From positions 66,836,001-66,900,000 of the forward strand of contig OX597824.1 in the NCBI GenBank assembly GCA_951406725.2: a stretch of 64,000 nt of DNA, read 5' to 3'. This DNA is from Octopus vulgaris (taxonomy: Eukaryota). The position numbers and the translations under genes were made by a program. The notes beneath the pieces are model-generated. The model did no database searches, was not told the DNA's origin, and saw only the letters and a program-made list of their open reading frames with translations. Shown in pieces: positions 24,134 through 35,855 of this stretch (positions are counted from its first letter, which is position 1; every line of letters begins with the position of its first letter).

Positions 24134-25893
24134 GTTGGTGTGGGCTCTGTTAAAAAAGATGGTACATGCCACTGCCTCATCTTTCAGTTTCCTCTCTCTG
24201 TGTTTTTGTCTATCTTCAGCTGGGTTGTGGTGGCAAGGAATGAATAAAGGACAAGAGAGAGTGGAGTTCACATTCCAGTTTTGATTTCAGTAGATGTCGG
24301 TTGGCATTGTCTTCTACTGCACCTCTCTTTCCAGTGTGTGTGTGTGTGTGTATGTGTGAGAGAGAGAGAGAAACAGACAGAGAAATTTCTAGCTGCTGGG
24401 TGTGTGTGTGTTACATGTATTGTGTGTCTGCATTGGGATTTATTGTGTGAGTATTTGGTTTCAGGCTCTTATCTACAATATATGTCTTAGTATAAGAGTT
24501 TGATTTCTCTTTCTTGTGTCTGTGTGTCTAGATGAAATTTACTGGTGTGTATATCAATGTATTTAGGTGTGTATGTGTGTACACATATCTGGTTTATGTG
24601 TATATAATTAAATGATTAATTTGAATCCAGAAAAAAAATCTTTACATTCTGATCAAAAGAGTCTAGTTTTAACCTTGGCATATGTAGAAAATCATGAGTT
24701 TTTAATTTTGATCTTCCTCCTCCTCTTCCAAACCCAACAACTAGTATACTTTACCATTGTAATGGTTGAGTGGTATGGCATGAAATGGCATGGCAATTGT
24801 AGTTTCACTAGTGGTGAGTGGTTGATGGTCTTGGCTATTTATTTTCATGTGTTTGTTAATCAAAAAGCTGACCTACACAACCACTGTAATAATCACCTCC
24901 ATTGTTGTACTTGTTGCTCCTGACAAGTAAGTCACTGTTTAGATTTTTTTATTCCTCTGGTTGCAAATTCTGTATAGTACAACCATTATTTTCTTTCTCT
25001 TAAATGATTTACTTATCTTAGTGGATATGGCTGGCTTTGACCATCTCAGTGTAGATGCAAATACAAAAATAAAAAAAAGGGTTAATTAGCTTACAGAGAC
25101 AGTAGAGACCTTTGCTACTGAGACTGGAATTTAAGATATAACAATGAGAATCTTTAGCTCTTAAGATCTTCTTTTGGGATTTTAAATCTCACCTTAAGGG
25201 CTAAAAAAGAAAGTTAGATTATTAATCTATTAAGTTTAGAGTTTACAAAAAGAAGATATGTTGAGTTTTCTAGTCATGCTGCACTGAAAGTATGGTTTTG
25301 TTCCTTATACTACTTGTTTCTAAGTCATCTCTGAACTGACATTTCACATTACTCACACATTTTGGATGGTGTCAGCTTTAAAACTAAAGTTTCAAAAATT
25401 TGAAAAGTGCTTTAGAAATATATATGCTCATGTTGCATGCATTTTGTATTTCGTAGATCCTCCAAGAGAGCGAATTCTTTGTTCATGATAATCTGACTAG
25501 ATATTGTTCACAAGTGTTAGCTTACGTCTCAGTTTTAAAGCCATTTTTCTGTTCCTGTTCTCAGTACAGCATAACTCAACAAGTATATTATTATATTTCT
25601 AAACAGACACCTTTTATACACTTCCAGTTTCATTATCCTATGCTATATTTTGAAGTCCAGTTGCATTAGGAATCAACCAGTCTAGTGTTTATCCCTGCCC
25701 CGTCACTGTCTCTCGAGAATCAACTCAACTTGCAGTGATTGTTAACTTGTTATAGTTTTAAATACTTAACTCACCAGAAATTTTTGATAAGTTAATTTTC
25801 AGAAAAGGTTTGGTTTGTTTGTATTTTTAAATTGTTATAATGTTGTTCATTGTTCTTTTTTAATTCATAAGTGAAAGAAAATTTCTTTATTGC

Positions 25894-25905
25894 AATAAAA
25901 ATAAA
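25894..25905 (+). promoter_or_regulatory. Candidate polyadenylation signal of ATP6V1D (would imply a 3' UTR of about 1.8 kb)
   Basis: Two adjacent AATAAA hexamers followed by a T-rich tract. The stretch from 24134 to here is nearly free of interspersed repeats. A proximal AATAAA also exists at about 24243. Confidence 0.45.
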
Positions 25906-27099
25906 ATTCAAAAATGCTTATTTTTTTTATCTTTCTTTCTTGCAAGACTTTTGCAGAATCATCAGTTACTATATTCATAATCTTAGTGCATCCTCACTTC
26001 AATTGTGTCTATCTTATGTCTTGGGTGATGCTGGAAAGCTTAAGTCTGTAGATTAACTATTCTGTTTTCTTTGTAACACTTGTGTAAGTAGTTATGTCTT
26101 ATATTGTTATTTTTATATAGCTACTTATTTAGCTATGATGACAATTTTCGTAAGGGAAGTGCATTGTCATTTGATTTGACCTTGAATATTACTGGTATCT
26201 GATATAACTAATAGGTTGAGTCATTAGAGCATAGGACAGAATACCTTATAGTATTTGTTCCTATTCTCTGGGGTCTGAGTTCAAATTCTGCTTAGGTTAG
26301 CTTTGCCTTTCATCTTTCCCATCTTAACAAAAAAAAATGTATTAATCTTGATGATGGAATTGGACATGTTGCTTTGTGGTTTCTCTTTTGCCTCTTTGCA
26401 TTCTGAAAGCAATGCCTGCTTCAGCACTGGTCCCAGTAAGATGAGTAGACAGTAGCATTCCCATCAAGAATGTGTTTTGCACCTGTTAGTTCCTGGCACT
26501 AAGGGAGCTGGACCCACCTAGGTCACGACTCTTAGATGTCCTCTTGCTATTCTTGAAATGTCACTTTTTGTGGAGATTAAACTTAGAACATTCGGGTAAT
26601 CTTATTTCCCTGAACTGTAGTGTATGTTACTCACCCATGAAGACCATTGCCAAATTGTATCAATGTAAAAGTAACAATTTTTCTTTTGGATAACAGTGCT
26701 AGTATGGAGAGGGGAATCTTGTATGTATGAGCACTTTCTAGTTGCTCAGAAAAAGGACCTTATCCATGCCTGTGCATTAGGTCATCCTGACCAATATCAA
26801 CATCCCAAAACCATAAAAGGCAGAGTTAATCATCATCTTTGTCATCATCTTAATGTCACATTTTCATGCTCACATCAGTTGGATAAAATTTGCTGAGGCG
26901 GATTTTCTATGACTAGATGACCTTCCTGTTGCCAACCCTCGCCTGTATCCAAACAAGGTAATATTTCCCCATGACCAGACATGTCTTTGAAGATTGGAAA
27001 CAAAGGACATAGATTGCATTGTTTACAACCATGATGCAACATCAAGGCAAGGAGACAGTAACACATGCTCTCATGCATATCTGTATATATATATATATA

Positions 27100-28000
27100 T
27101 CTATATATATAAAAGTGAAGTTGTGTGAGTGTCTGTCTCCTACGATTTAGATTCCTAACTACTCCCACATTTTGCGGTGCAGTTTAACCAAATTCAGGTA
27201 TCTTATAGTCGTGATTCATATCGAGCCCGTCTGGGTATTAGCGCGCGTCTACGATGAGTCTACAATTTAAAAAATAATTTACCATAATTTTTTTTCATTT
27301 TAACGCATATTTTTTCGTGTGTCGATGGCGGTGGAGTTGGCGTCCATGCTCACACCTGCACCTGTGTTGCTTCTCCCCCTTCTTCCCTCCCTCGTGAAGC
27401 TGTGGGGAAGGGAGTGTAAAGAAATCAACGTCGTAAAGCGTTGTCAAGGAGACCAGTGTTCTTTTAGAACAACGACTTCATGGCTTGAAGTCGCCAAAAC
27501 AGAAATCGCTAAAAAAGCTGAAACAGATCCACAAAAATGGCAAAAACCGCCACACAGGGCAGGTTTCCTGTGCAAACAATTTGCACAACTGAATGTTTTA
27601 GTTGTTGCACAAATCTTTATATATAAAAGTGAAGTTGTGTGTCTGTCTCCTACGATTTAGATTCCTAACTACTCCCACATTTTGCGGTGCAGTTTAACCA
27701 AAACCGGGTATCTTATAGTTGTGATTCATTTCGAGCCCTTCTGGATATTAGCGCGCGTCTACGATGAGTCTACGATTTTTAAAATAATTTACCATAATTT
27801 TTTTCCATTTTAGTGCATTTTTTTTACTATAATATAAGGGAAGTAACTCTCTAAAAATGTCTACGATGAGTCAACGATTTAAAAAAAATTTACTATAATT
27901 TTTTTTCCATTTTTTTTGCTATTTTTTGGCTATAACTCTCTAAAAATGCTTTATAGTTATTTCCCTTAGAAACCCGAGCAACGCCGGGCGATACTGCTAG
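27100..28000 (+). mobile_element. Composite non-autonomous Helitron (two 5' heads, one 3' end)
   Basis: 5' A|TC at 27100 and again at 27614, each followed by the same roughly 200-bp block. 3' hairpin CCCG-AGCAACGC-CGGG and CTAG|T at 28000. Confidence 0.85.
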
Positions 28001-28011
28001 TATATATATAT

Positions 28012-28490
28012 ATATAAATTAAATTAGAGATAAAACCACTATTAGGCAAATCAAACAATGAAAAACATAAACCAAAGCATAAAAATAAACAATATGATAT
28101 ACAAAATATATAAAAAATACAAAATTTAAAATTATTTAAATTTAAAAGTTTTAATTTATATTTATAAATTTTATATCCCTTAAACATTTTTTTATTAAAT
28201 TTATTTTAAAATTTAAAAAATTTTTTAATTTATTAATTTAAAATTTAAAAAATGTTTAAGGAATGTAACATTTATAAATATAAATTAAAACTTTTAAATT
28301 TAAATAATTTAAATTTTATATATTTTGTATATTATATTATGTTTATTTTTATGTTTTTCATTGTTTGATTTGCCTAATAGTGGTTTTATCTCTAATTTAA
28401 TTTATATTTATACTGTGAAATTGGATTTAATCCTAAATCTAATTTTTCCCTGTAAGTTTGGATTTACTCCCTAATGTTATTATTATTATT
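28012..28490. repeat. AT-rich fold-back (arms about 180 bp) plus unique tail between (TA)n tracts; probable Penelope-like remnant
   Basis: AATTAAATTAGAGATAAAACCACTATTAGGCAAATCAAACAATG at about 28017 is mirrored at about 28359-28402. Confidence 0.7.
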
Positions 28491-28497
28491 ATATATA

Positions 28498-28796
28498 TAT
28501 ATAAGAATTTTTTGCATAATAAAATAAAAAACCAAGGCTGTATAGATATTGGAGCATTTATAGATAGAAGTGCTATTAATGCTCTAATATCTATACAGCC
28601 TTAGTTTTTTTTTTATCTTATTACGCAAAAAATTCTTATATACACACGCTGACATAGAACCAACGTTGAACCCTTTATTTGCAATATTACTGAATCTGGA
28701 ACTTAACTATGGTCTGTCTATAGCACTTATTCAGCATTACCTAACACCTTTGGGTCTCAATGACACCATTATCTCTTATAACCTCAACTTCTCACT
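28498..28796. repeat. Second fold-back (arms about 60 bp) plus tail between (TA)n tracts; probable Penelope-like remnant
   Basis: AAGAATTTTTTGC...GGCTGTATAGATATT is mirrored by AATATCTATACAGCC...GCAAAAAATTCTT. The tail translates to LTPLGLN, like the PxGLN end of Penelope GIY-YIG domains. Confidence 0.6.
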
Positions 28797-29519
28797 ATAT
28801 ATATATATATATATATGACGGGCTTCTAATTTCCATTTGACAAATCAACTCACAAGGCTTTGGTTGGTTGAGGGATATGAGAAAAGACATTTGCCCAAGG
28901 TGAGACTGAATCTAAAACGGTGTAGTTGGGAAGCAAACTTCTTACAACACATCCAGATGTGACAGATTAACTTGGACCACTGTTGTTTCAGACGACATTA
29001 TTTTTCTCTCTCTTGAAATATAATATCATTCTAAATATAAATGTCTTTATAATTTACAATTTGTTGCTTAAAAAAGATGAAGGCTGTTCGTTCATTGGTA
29101 AACAAGGGAGATAACACTTAAAAGTAACACGGAAAATTCAAAGTGCAATTAAGCTCTAAAACAGCACTGATTAAGCAAAAGCAATTAAACTATAGTCATC
29201 CATTTTTCTCTGGAGTCTTTTTGTATGAGAATAGTATACTCTGGACGATGTAATCTAATGTGCCTTTTCTTTAAAGATTAGAGTGTGATTTGAGGGAAAT
29301 GTGGATTCTATTTCTAACTGTTGGAAGGTCTCTGTAGAGGCTCCAATGAAAATAAAGTTGGTTATATAGGTAACTAATTTCATAAGAAAATCGAATTGAC
29401 TTATTCCAGCTAGAAAAGAATGAAAGGTGAGTCAGTCTTAACTGGCTTTGAACTTCTCAGTGCATAGAGAATCTGAAATAAATTCGCTTTGTTTATATAT
29501 TAAGAAATATGATTACATA

Positions 29520-31800
29520 TTGATTACGGTTATCAATTGCACTACGGAGGAACCTCTAGGTGACTCTGATCATGCTATGATCATCGCCAATCTGGCTCTT
29601 GCGGGCAACAAAAACCTGAACCATCTCCAATCTGCTTCCTTCGATTGGAAGAGAGCAGATTGGAACCTGTACCACACTGAACTACAGCACCCAAACTGGC
29701 GTGAATTCTACAACTCTGGAGATGTGAATACTATACTCCAGAGTATCCTGGACTCAATATGGGCAGCATGTGCAGCATCAGTGCCACGTAAACAAAAAAA
29801 GAAGAACCGCCCCAAAAGGGCAATTTGGGAAACTTCAGCGGTCCGACTTGCCAGGAGGGAACGTCGGACTGCTGAACAGGAATACAGGTTGCATAAATCA
29901 GACACCAACAGGAAGAAGCGGAATAAATCCTCCAACCATCTCAAGCAAGTAACAAAAAAAGCAGTGCTTGAATTTGAACAGTGCATAGCAGCCAATCCTG
30001 ACAGTAAGGTTTTCTGGAAATATGTGCACTCAAAGCAGAGACCTCACTCTCCAGTGGGCCCTCTTCGCAACCCTCACACAAACCAGATCACTGACGACCC
30101 CAAGGAATGCGCAGAACTCATTGCCGAGTGCTATGCAAACATATTCACTGTTGAAAGTCAAGATGTACCATCTTCACCATCACTAACAGCAAACTCCATA
30201 ACAACTATGGAATTTACACCTGCAATGCTGCGACGTCACCTTCAAAATAAGCGCAACTATGCCTCCCCTGGTCTCGATGGAGTTACATACCTGCTTCTCA
30301 AACGTGGCAGGCACTTCCTTTTACACCAGCTTTCTATTTTCTTCCAGTACTGTCTCAACAATGGTGCTACTCCGGAGCAGTGGAAAACTGCTAGTGTCAT
30401 TCCTCTGTTCAAAAAGGGCGACCGCACATCACCTGTCAACTATCGCCCAGTCAGTCTCACTAGCTGTATTGCAAAACTGATGGAATCGTGTGTCAGAGAA
30501 ACACTCTGGAACTTCTGGAGCTCTCACAGTCTCATCCGACCCTCACAATATGGATTTGTCCCTAACTCCAGCTGCAGTGACCAGCTTGTCGAGTTCCTTG
30601 AGGACATTACTCAGATTACTGACAGTGGCTCATGGGTGGATGTTGTCTACCTTGACTTTGCTAAGGCTTTCAACTCTGTGCCACACAAAAGGCTTATGGT
30701 GAAACTCTCTGCAATGGGTGTGGGGGATGACCTTTTTAACTGGTTGAAATCCTTCATCCTCAGCCGAAAGGAGGTTGTCACAGTTCTAGGACAGCACTCT
30801 ACACCATATGAGATGTCATCGGGTGTACCACAGGGATCTGTCCTTGGTCCCCTCTTGTTTGTGGCATACATTAACGACATAGATGCCAATTTAAAGAATG
30901 CCACAGTATTGAAATATGCAGACGACATCAAGCTGTACCTTGAAATCAAGAGGACAGATCCTGATGTCTACAACTCTTTCCTGCAATCAGACCTAGACAC
31001 AATGCAGCAATGGATCACAGACTGGCAACTGAAACTGGCTGTGGACAAGTGTACCACCATGCATTTTGGGAGAAAAAACCCTGCGTTCACATACTCCCTC
31101 CACAACACTGATATCAAGAAATCCTCTTGCGAGCGTGACCTAGGCATCACTGTCAGCAGTGATTTGCGTTGGACAAAGCATATCTCTAAGATTGTCAGGA
31201 AGGCCGAGGGTGTCTTGGCATCACTCAGCAGGTCTTTTGTTAGCCGCTCTCCAGCCATCTATTTAAAACTGTATACAGCTATGGTACGACCACACTTGGA
31301 ATTTGCATCATCAGTTTGGAACCCCTATCTTGCACAGAACATTGACCTCCTGGAATCTGTCCAGAGACGTGCAACCAAACGCATACCCTCCATCAGACAC
31401 CTACCATATTCTGAGCGCCTTGTTTCCCTGGGCATGGATTCACTGAAGCTCCGGCGTCTGGCGACGGACTTGGTAAACACCCACAAAGTTATCAACCACC
31501 TCACCAACAACAACACTGAACACCTTTTTGATCTCCATATGTCTAACACACGTGGACATGCCTACAAAGTCAGAAAACAATACAGCTCTCATGACTTTCG
31601 GAAACATTTTTTCACGCTCAGAGTTGCTGAAGCATGGAATAAACTGCCTGCGTCAGTTGTTGACTGCCATGACACTGCATCTTTTAAGGCCCTCATGCTT
31701 TCCGAAATCCGCCGAAACTACACCTGATTATATATACACTTTAGATGAGTTGTAGTGCACCTGAGCACTGTACACAATTATTATTATTATTATTATTATA
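29520..31800 (+). mobile_element. 5'-truncated CR1-clade LINE with an uninterrupted ORF2 remainder (end of APE, RT, C-terminus)
   Basis: LGDSDH (APE end), SPGLDG, NYRPVSLTS, YLDFAKAFNSVPH, SGVPQGSVLGPLLF, YADDIK, ERDLG, VRPHLEF, TRGH, FFTLRVAEAWNKLP. Stop at 31727, short 3' UTR, (ATT)n tail. Confidence 0.96.
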
Positions 31801-32034
31801 TTTCTAAATAATTTGAAATTACTGGAAAGTATTTTACGTCAAAATTAAAATTTTACATTTGTAAAAGTTCCCATTCCTGCTGGAAAATTAGAAAAATTGA
31901 AGAAAAACTATGGGCTACACGTTATGCTGTTAGTAAAACCGTTCAACTTTCTCCTTTCGTGCATATGTGTGTGTGTGTATATACATATATATATTGATAA
32001 AAACGGTAAGACGGGTCATAGCATTTTTCCGATG

Positions 32035-32104
32035 GCCGGATAACTGAAGAGATAGCGGCGTGGAATTCCACCTCGGCATCCGAAACTCGGAGTTTTATCA
32101 TGGC
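32035..32104 (+). ncRNA. Putative type I hammerhead ribozyme 1
   Basis: Stem I GCC-G-GATAA / TTATC-AT-GGC; core CTGAAGA (32044-50); long imperfect stem II capped by GTGG-AATT-CCAC; GAAA (32082-85); near-palindromic stem III ACTC-G-GAGT; triplet GUU at 32092-94. Confidence 0.7.
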
Positions 32105-32179
32105 TACCGAATTGTCACATATTACATTTACAGATATATATATATATAAAATATATATGTTCATAGCCACTTCTCTAGC

Positions 32180-32243
32180 AGACGGGGTGCCCAGTACTGA
32201 AGAGAGGCAGAAATAGCCTGAAACCAAGCTGGTCTGTCCGTCT
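32180..32243 (+). ncRNA. Putative type I hammerhead ribozyme 2
   Basis: Core CTGAAGA (32197-203); stem II AGGC-AGAAATA-GCCT; GAAA (32220-23); stem III ACCA-AGC-TGGT; triplet GUC at 32232-34; bulged stem I closed by AGACGG/CCGTCT. Confidence 0.7.
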
Positions 32244-35122
32244 CGTCGCAATATCTCGCAAGCAGCTGTGCATCGTTAACCGCCATGTTAAAGTGACTAC
32301 GAATATTACTTGTTAGTACAACTACTACGTTGATCTCTTAGAGAGATTTTAGAACTAGTATTTTTGCTTGTAATATATATGTGTGTGTGTGTGTAGATCT
32401 CGAAGTTACTCAACATATTTGATTTTATGAAATGGGCTTGATAAGTTACCTCCCTTTAATCCAATTTTTCTATCTGCTACAATTCCAATTTCATTTTTTA
32501 ATATATATATTCTGTGATGTCAAGTCTTTTCTTGATTAATAACCCCACAAATTTCTCCTAGAACCACAATCTATACGTTAACATTAGGGATTTAAATAAC
32601 TGTTGAAAGAAAAAAAAGTATATTGCTACCCCAATACTTAAATTATTCACGTTTTCTTCTATCCAAAGAAGGTTTATACTAAGTTAGTAAAGAAATTAAT
32701 ATCAGGAGATATGTGAAGTTTTAGAGTTGGAGAGAAAAGGAGAGATGGATGTTAAAGGCACACAGAGGTGATTATGGAGTGTAAGGAAAGAGACTGTCAA
32801 TGGCAGGTATGAGAGTGTGATGAGAATGATAGTAGATAAGAAGCAGTGTTAAAGATGAGATATAGCAGTCCTAAGATGTAGTTCAGAGGAGAGGGAGAAA
32901 TAACTGAAAAAACAGAAAAGGGTGATTGGTGTGGAAAATTAAGTGGGATGGGATGATATTGAGAATGAGGGATGGATTGACAAATCATAAAAGGAAGTAG
33001 TTCCAAAGAGATGGGTGGGGTAAATGCAAGCTCTAGGTTTTAGTTTTCTTTCTCTAAATAAAAGGGAAAATTGGAAGATGTCATTCAGTACATCACCACC
33101 TACTCGAATCATTTAGTCAAGCCAGTAGTCCAGACGAGTTATTTCCCTTAACACAGTTTTCCTAATGATCTGATTGCATGCTCACACCAAATTGCTGGTA
33201 TCGATGCTAATGTTTGAAATAAATAATTTCTATTATTAGCAGAATTGGAAGAACGTCCGACAAATAGCTTCGCAGAATCTAGTTACATCTCTCTATGCCC
33301 TGAGTTCAAATTCCGTCTAAGTCAAATTTGGCTTTCATTCTTCAGATATCAATTAAATCTATACCAAATATTTGACAGCTATCAATTTAATCGATTATTC
33401 CCTTCTGCCCTAAGGTGCTTGATCTTGTGTTAGAGATTTTGATAATTATAATGTTGTCTGTCATGGAAGCAAGAGAAACATTTCAGAGGGGTTAAATCCG
33501 GTACTTTGTTTAATAGATCCTCAAGTACGAAAAACAAAGTCGATCCTTGTGATATTTGAACTTTGAACGACGAAATACAATATTTAAAGGTGGGATTGTT
33601 TAATTAACGATATTTCCTCATCTATTATCCCACGATCTTTAATTAAAATAATTATTTCTAATATACACACAAGACCAGAAATTTGGGGGCGAGATTTGAA
33701 CTTAGAGCGTAATAAAACTATTTCTAATTAGGATAATGATAAAAGATGAATAATGCGTGACACATTTATCAGCCAGGTCACATTAAAAATGATCTGCTAC
33801 CATCAATTAAGCAAACCAGTCCTTTTTGTTTTTATAGTTGAACTGTCAACGACTAAACCGGTGACACTCCTCCAGGCTCTCGCCCAAGCAGGTGGAAGAA
33901 CAACCTGACAGGACAAAAGAATAGTACCTATCTAAACATCCATCCATCAAACCTACAAAGAAAACTGTTATAGCAGACGCTTGTCTTTGATGCTGCGCAG
34001 TAAAATTGAACTCCGAACGACATGATAACAAGCTGAACTTCTTAACCGCATTTTAATTTTTTTCCTTGTTGTCAAAATATCTTATATATTGTCTAATAAG
34101 GATAAAGCCTTTTGTTGACAATTGATTCATTTCATGTTTCCTGCCTACCCGCGTGCGTGTGTTTATATATCTATGTATATATAATGTAAAGTGAGTAAAA
34201 AAACTGTCAAACAATGGTTAGATGGTGAGATTCAGGTCAAAACTTTAAATTCTATAAATGACTCACAGTAAATATTTTTCTCAACAAACTCTCAGATTTC
34301 CTCAGAGATTTCTTCGCTATCTGCGCGTCTACGTCACTGAAATAAACACGTTCTTTCATTCTCAAGAAACAGGAAACTTTGTACATACATGTGACAAAAA
34401 CATGCGGTTTGTTTACTGTTTTTGACCTGACAGCCTCCAGATCGAAACACTATCACTATACAAAGTAATGTGAACTCTATAATCATAGTTCGTGTGAATT
34501 TTAAACTTTTCTCATAACGAATTAAAATAACATATTTGATTTATTTCTTATCGAATATTTATTTACTGAAGTTGAAGAGAAAAAAAAGGAGTTTAAAAAA
34601 AAACAGAGAGGTAAGATGATTTATTATAATTGTTGTTAAAAACAAAATACTTTCTAATATTTCTCCAGGTGACAGCAGGGGCAGTGAAAATTAATCAACA
34701 TTCTCATTATACTAATTTCTAATCAACGACAATATCTCTAAGTGGTCACACCACCTGTTAGAAATAGCAACCAAATCTGGCCCCCACCCAAATCACAGCA
34801 GCCCAGCGTTTTTAGATAGATACATTGGAAAAGAGAGACGGGGAAAAGACTAGATGCTCACGGCTGGAATGTCTAACCGCATCTTTACTTGTTTAGGCCC
34901 AATCTTGACTATTGTGCTTTTACATTTTCACTATAGCTATTGTTCAGTTTTTGTAATTTTCTGATTTTAAGCAGTTGTTTTAATTTTATGAGTGTGTTAT
35001 TTTATTCATCCATAACTCTTATCCATCTATCCCGAAAGATTTATATACTTTCTACTGTAGACATAAGGCCTAATTTTTGCAGGAGCGGCTAATCGATAAC
35101 ATCGGCCTGAGTACTCGACTTG

Positions 35123-35855
35123 TGTACTACTTAGGAAGAGTGGTCCCGGTGCGCGCACTCGCGTACTCGCGCATCCGCGCTAGCTAGTCGTGACTAGTCG
35201 ATCCTACGACTACCTAGCGAAGTAAATAATACACAAAATAAATAATTTTTTTACACAAAGTAAATAATTTTTTGGCGATCTTTCGTCTCTAGTAGACCTT
35301 TCCGTCGATTTCCGTAAAAAATTTTTTTTTTTACATATGGGTTTGCGGGAACTTTTGAAGTAATATACATACATATACACATACACCGAGTAAAAAATTT
35401 CAGTTATCTCTTTCTTTCACACATTACTCTGTCTCTTCACACACACTAACAGAAGCACTTCACTTACACAACATACTGTCTGTCTCCCACACCCCATCAA
35501 ACACACACACACACACACACACACATGTCCATCAATGCTCCCATGCACGGTAACTTCAAAAGAACTTCCCTCGTCATACAATCGCTTTCTCTTAGTCTCT
35601 TTCGCTCTCATTACTTCAAAAGTTCCCGCAAGCCCATATGTAAAAAAAAAATTTTTTACGGAAATCGACGGAAAGGTCTACTAGAGACGAAAGATCGCCA
35701 GTTTTTTTAAAACAAAGTAAATAAAACACAAAGTAAATAATTTTTTTATAACAAAATAAATAAAACACAAACACAAAGTAAGGATCGACTAGTCACGACT
35801 AGCTAGCGCGGATGCGGGAGTGCGCGCACCGGGACCGCTCTTCGTAAGTAGTACC
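35123..35855. mobile_element. Outer MITE with TIRs of about 70-80 bp and a 9-bp TSD (Merlin-like; MULE not excluded)
   Basis: TIR GTACTACTTA(G/C)GAAGAG(T/C)GGTCCCGGTGCGCGCACTC...CTAGTCGATCCT at both ends. TSD CTCGACTTG at 35114-22 and 35856-64. Interrupts a minus-strand family A SINE. Confidence 0.85.
35274..35699. mobile_element. Inner MITE with TIRs of about 90 bp (Merlin-like)
   Basis: GGCGATCTTTCGTCTCTAGTAGACCTTTCCGTCGATTTCCGT...GAAGTAAT is mirrored at about 35610-35699. Flanks AATTTTTT / AGTTTTTT (8 bp, one mismatch). Confidence 0.8.

Noticed and set aside
29448-29520. N-terminus of the 759-aa ORF as a real protein start
   Set aside because: It begins at TTG in AT-rich flanking DNA that happens to be in frame with the truncated CR1.
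33838-34030. GC-richer stretch after a polypyrimidine-AG, possible coding exon
   Set aside because: No recognisable protein similarity in any frame and no convincing matching donor.
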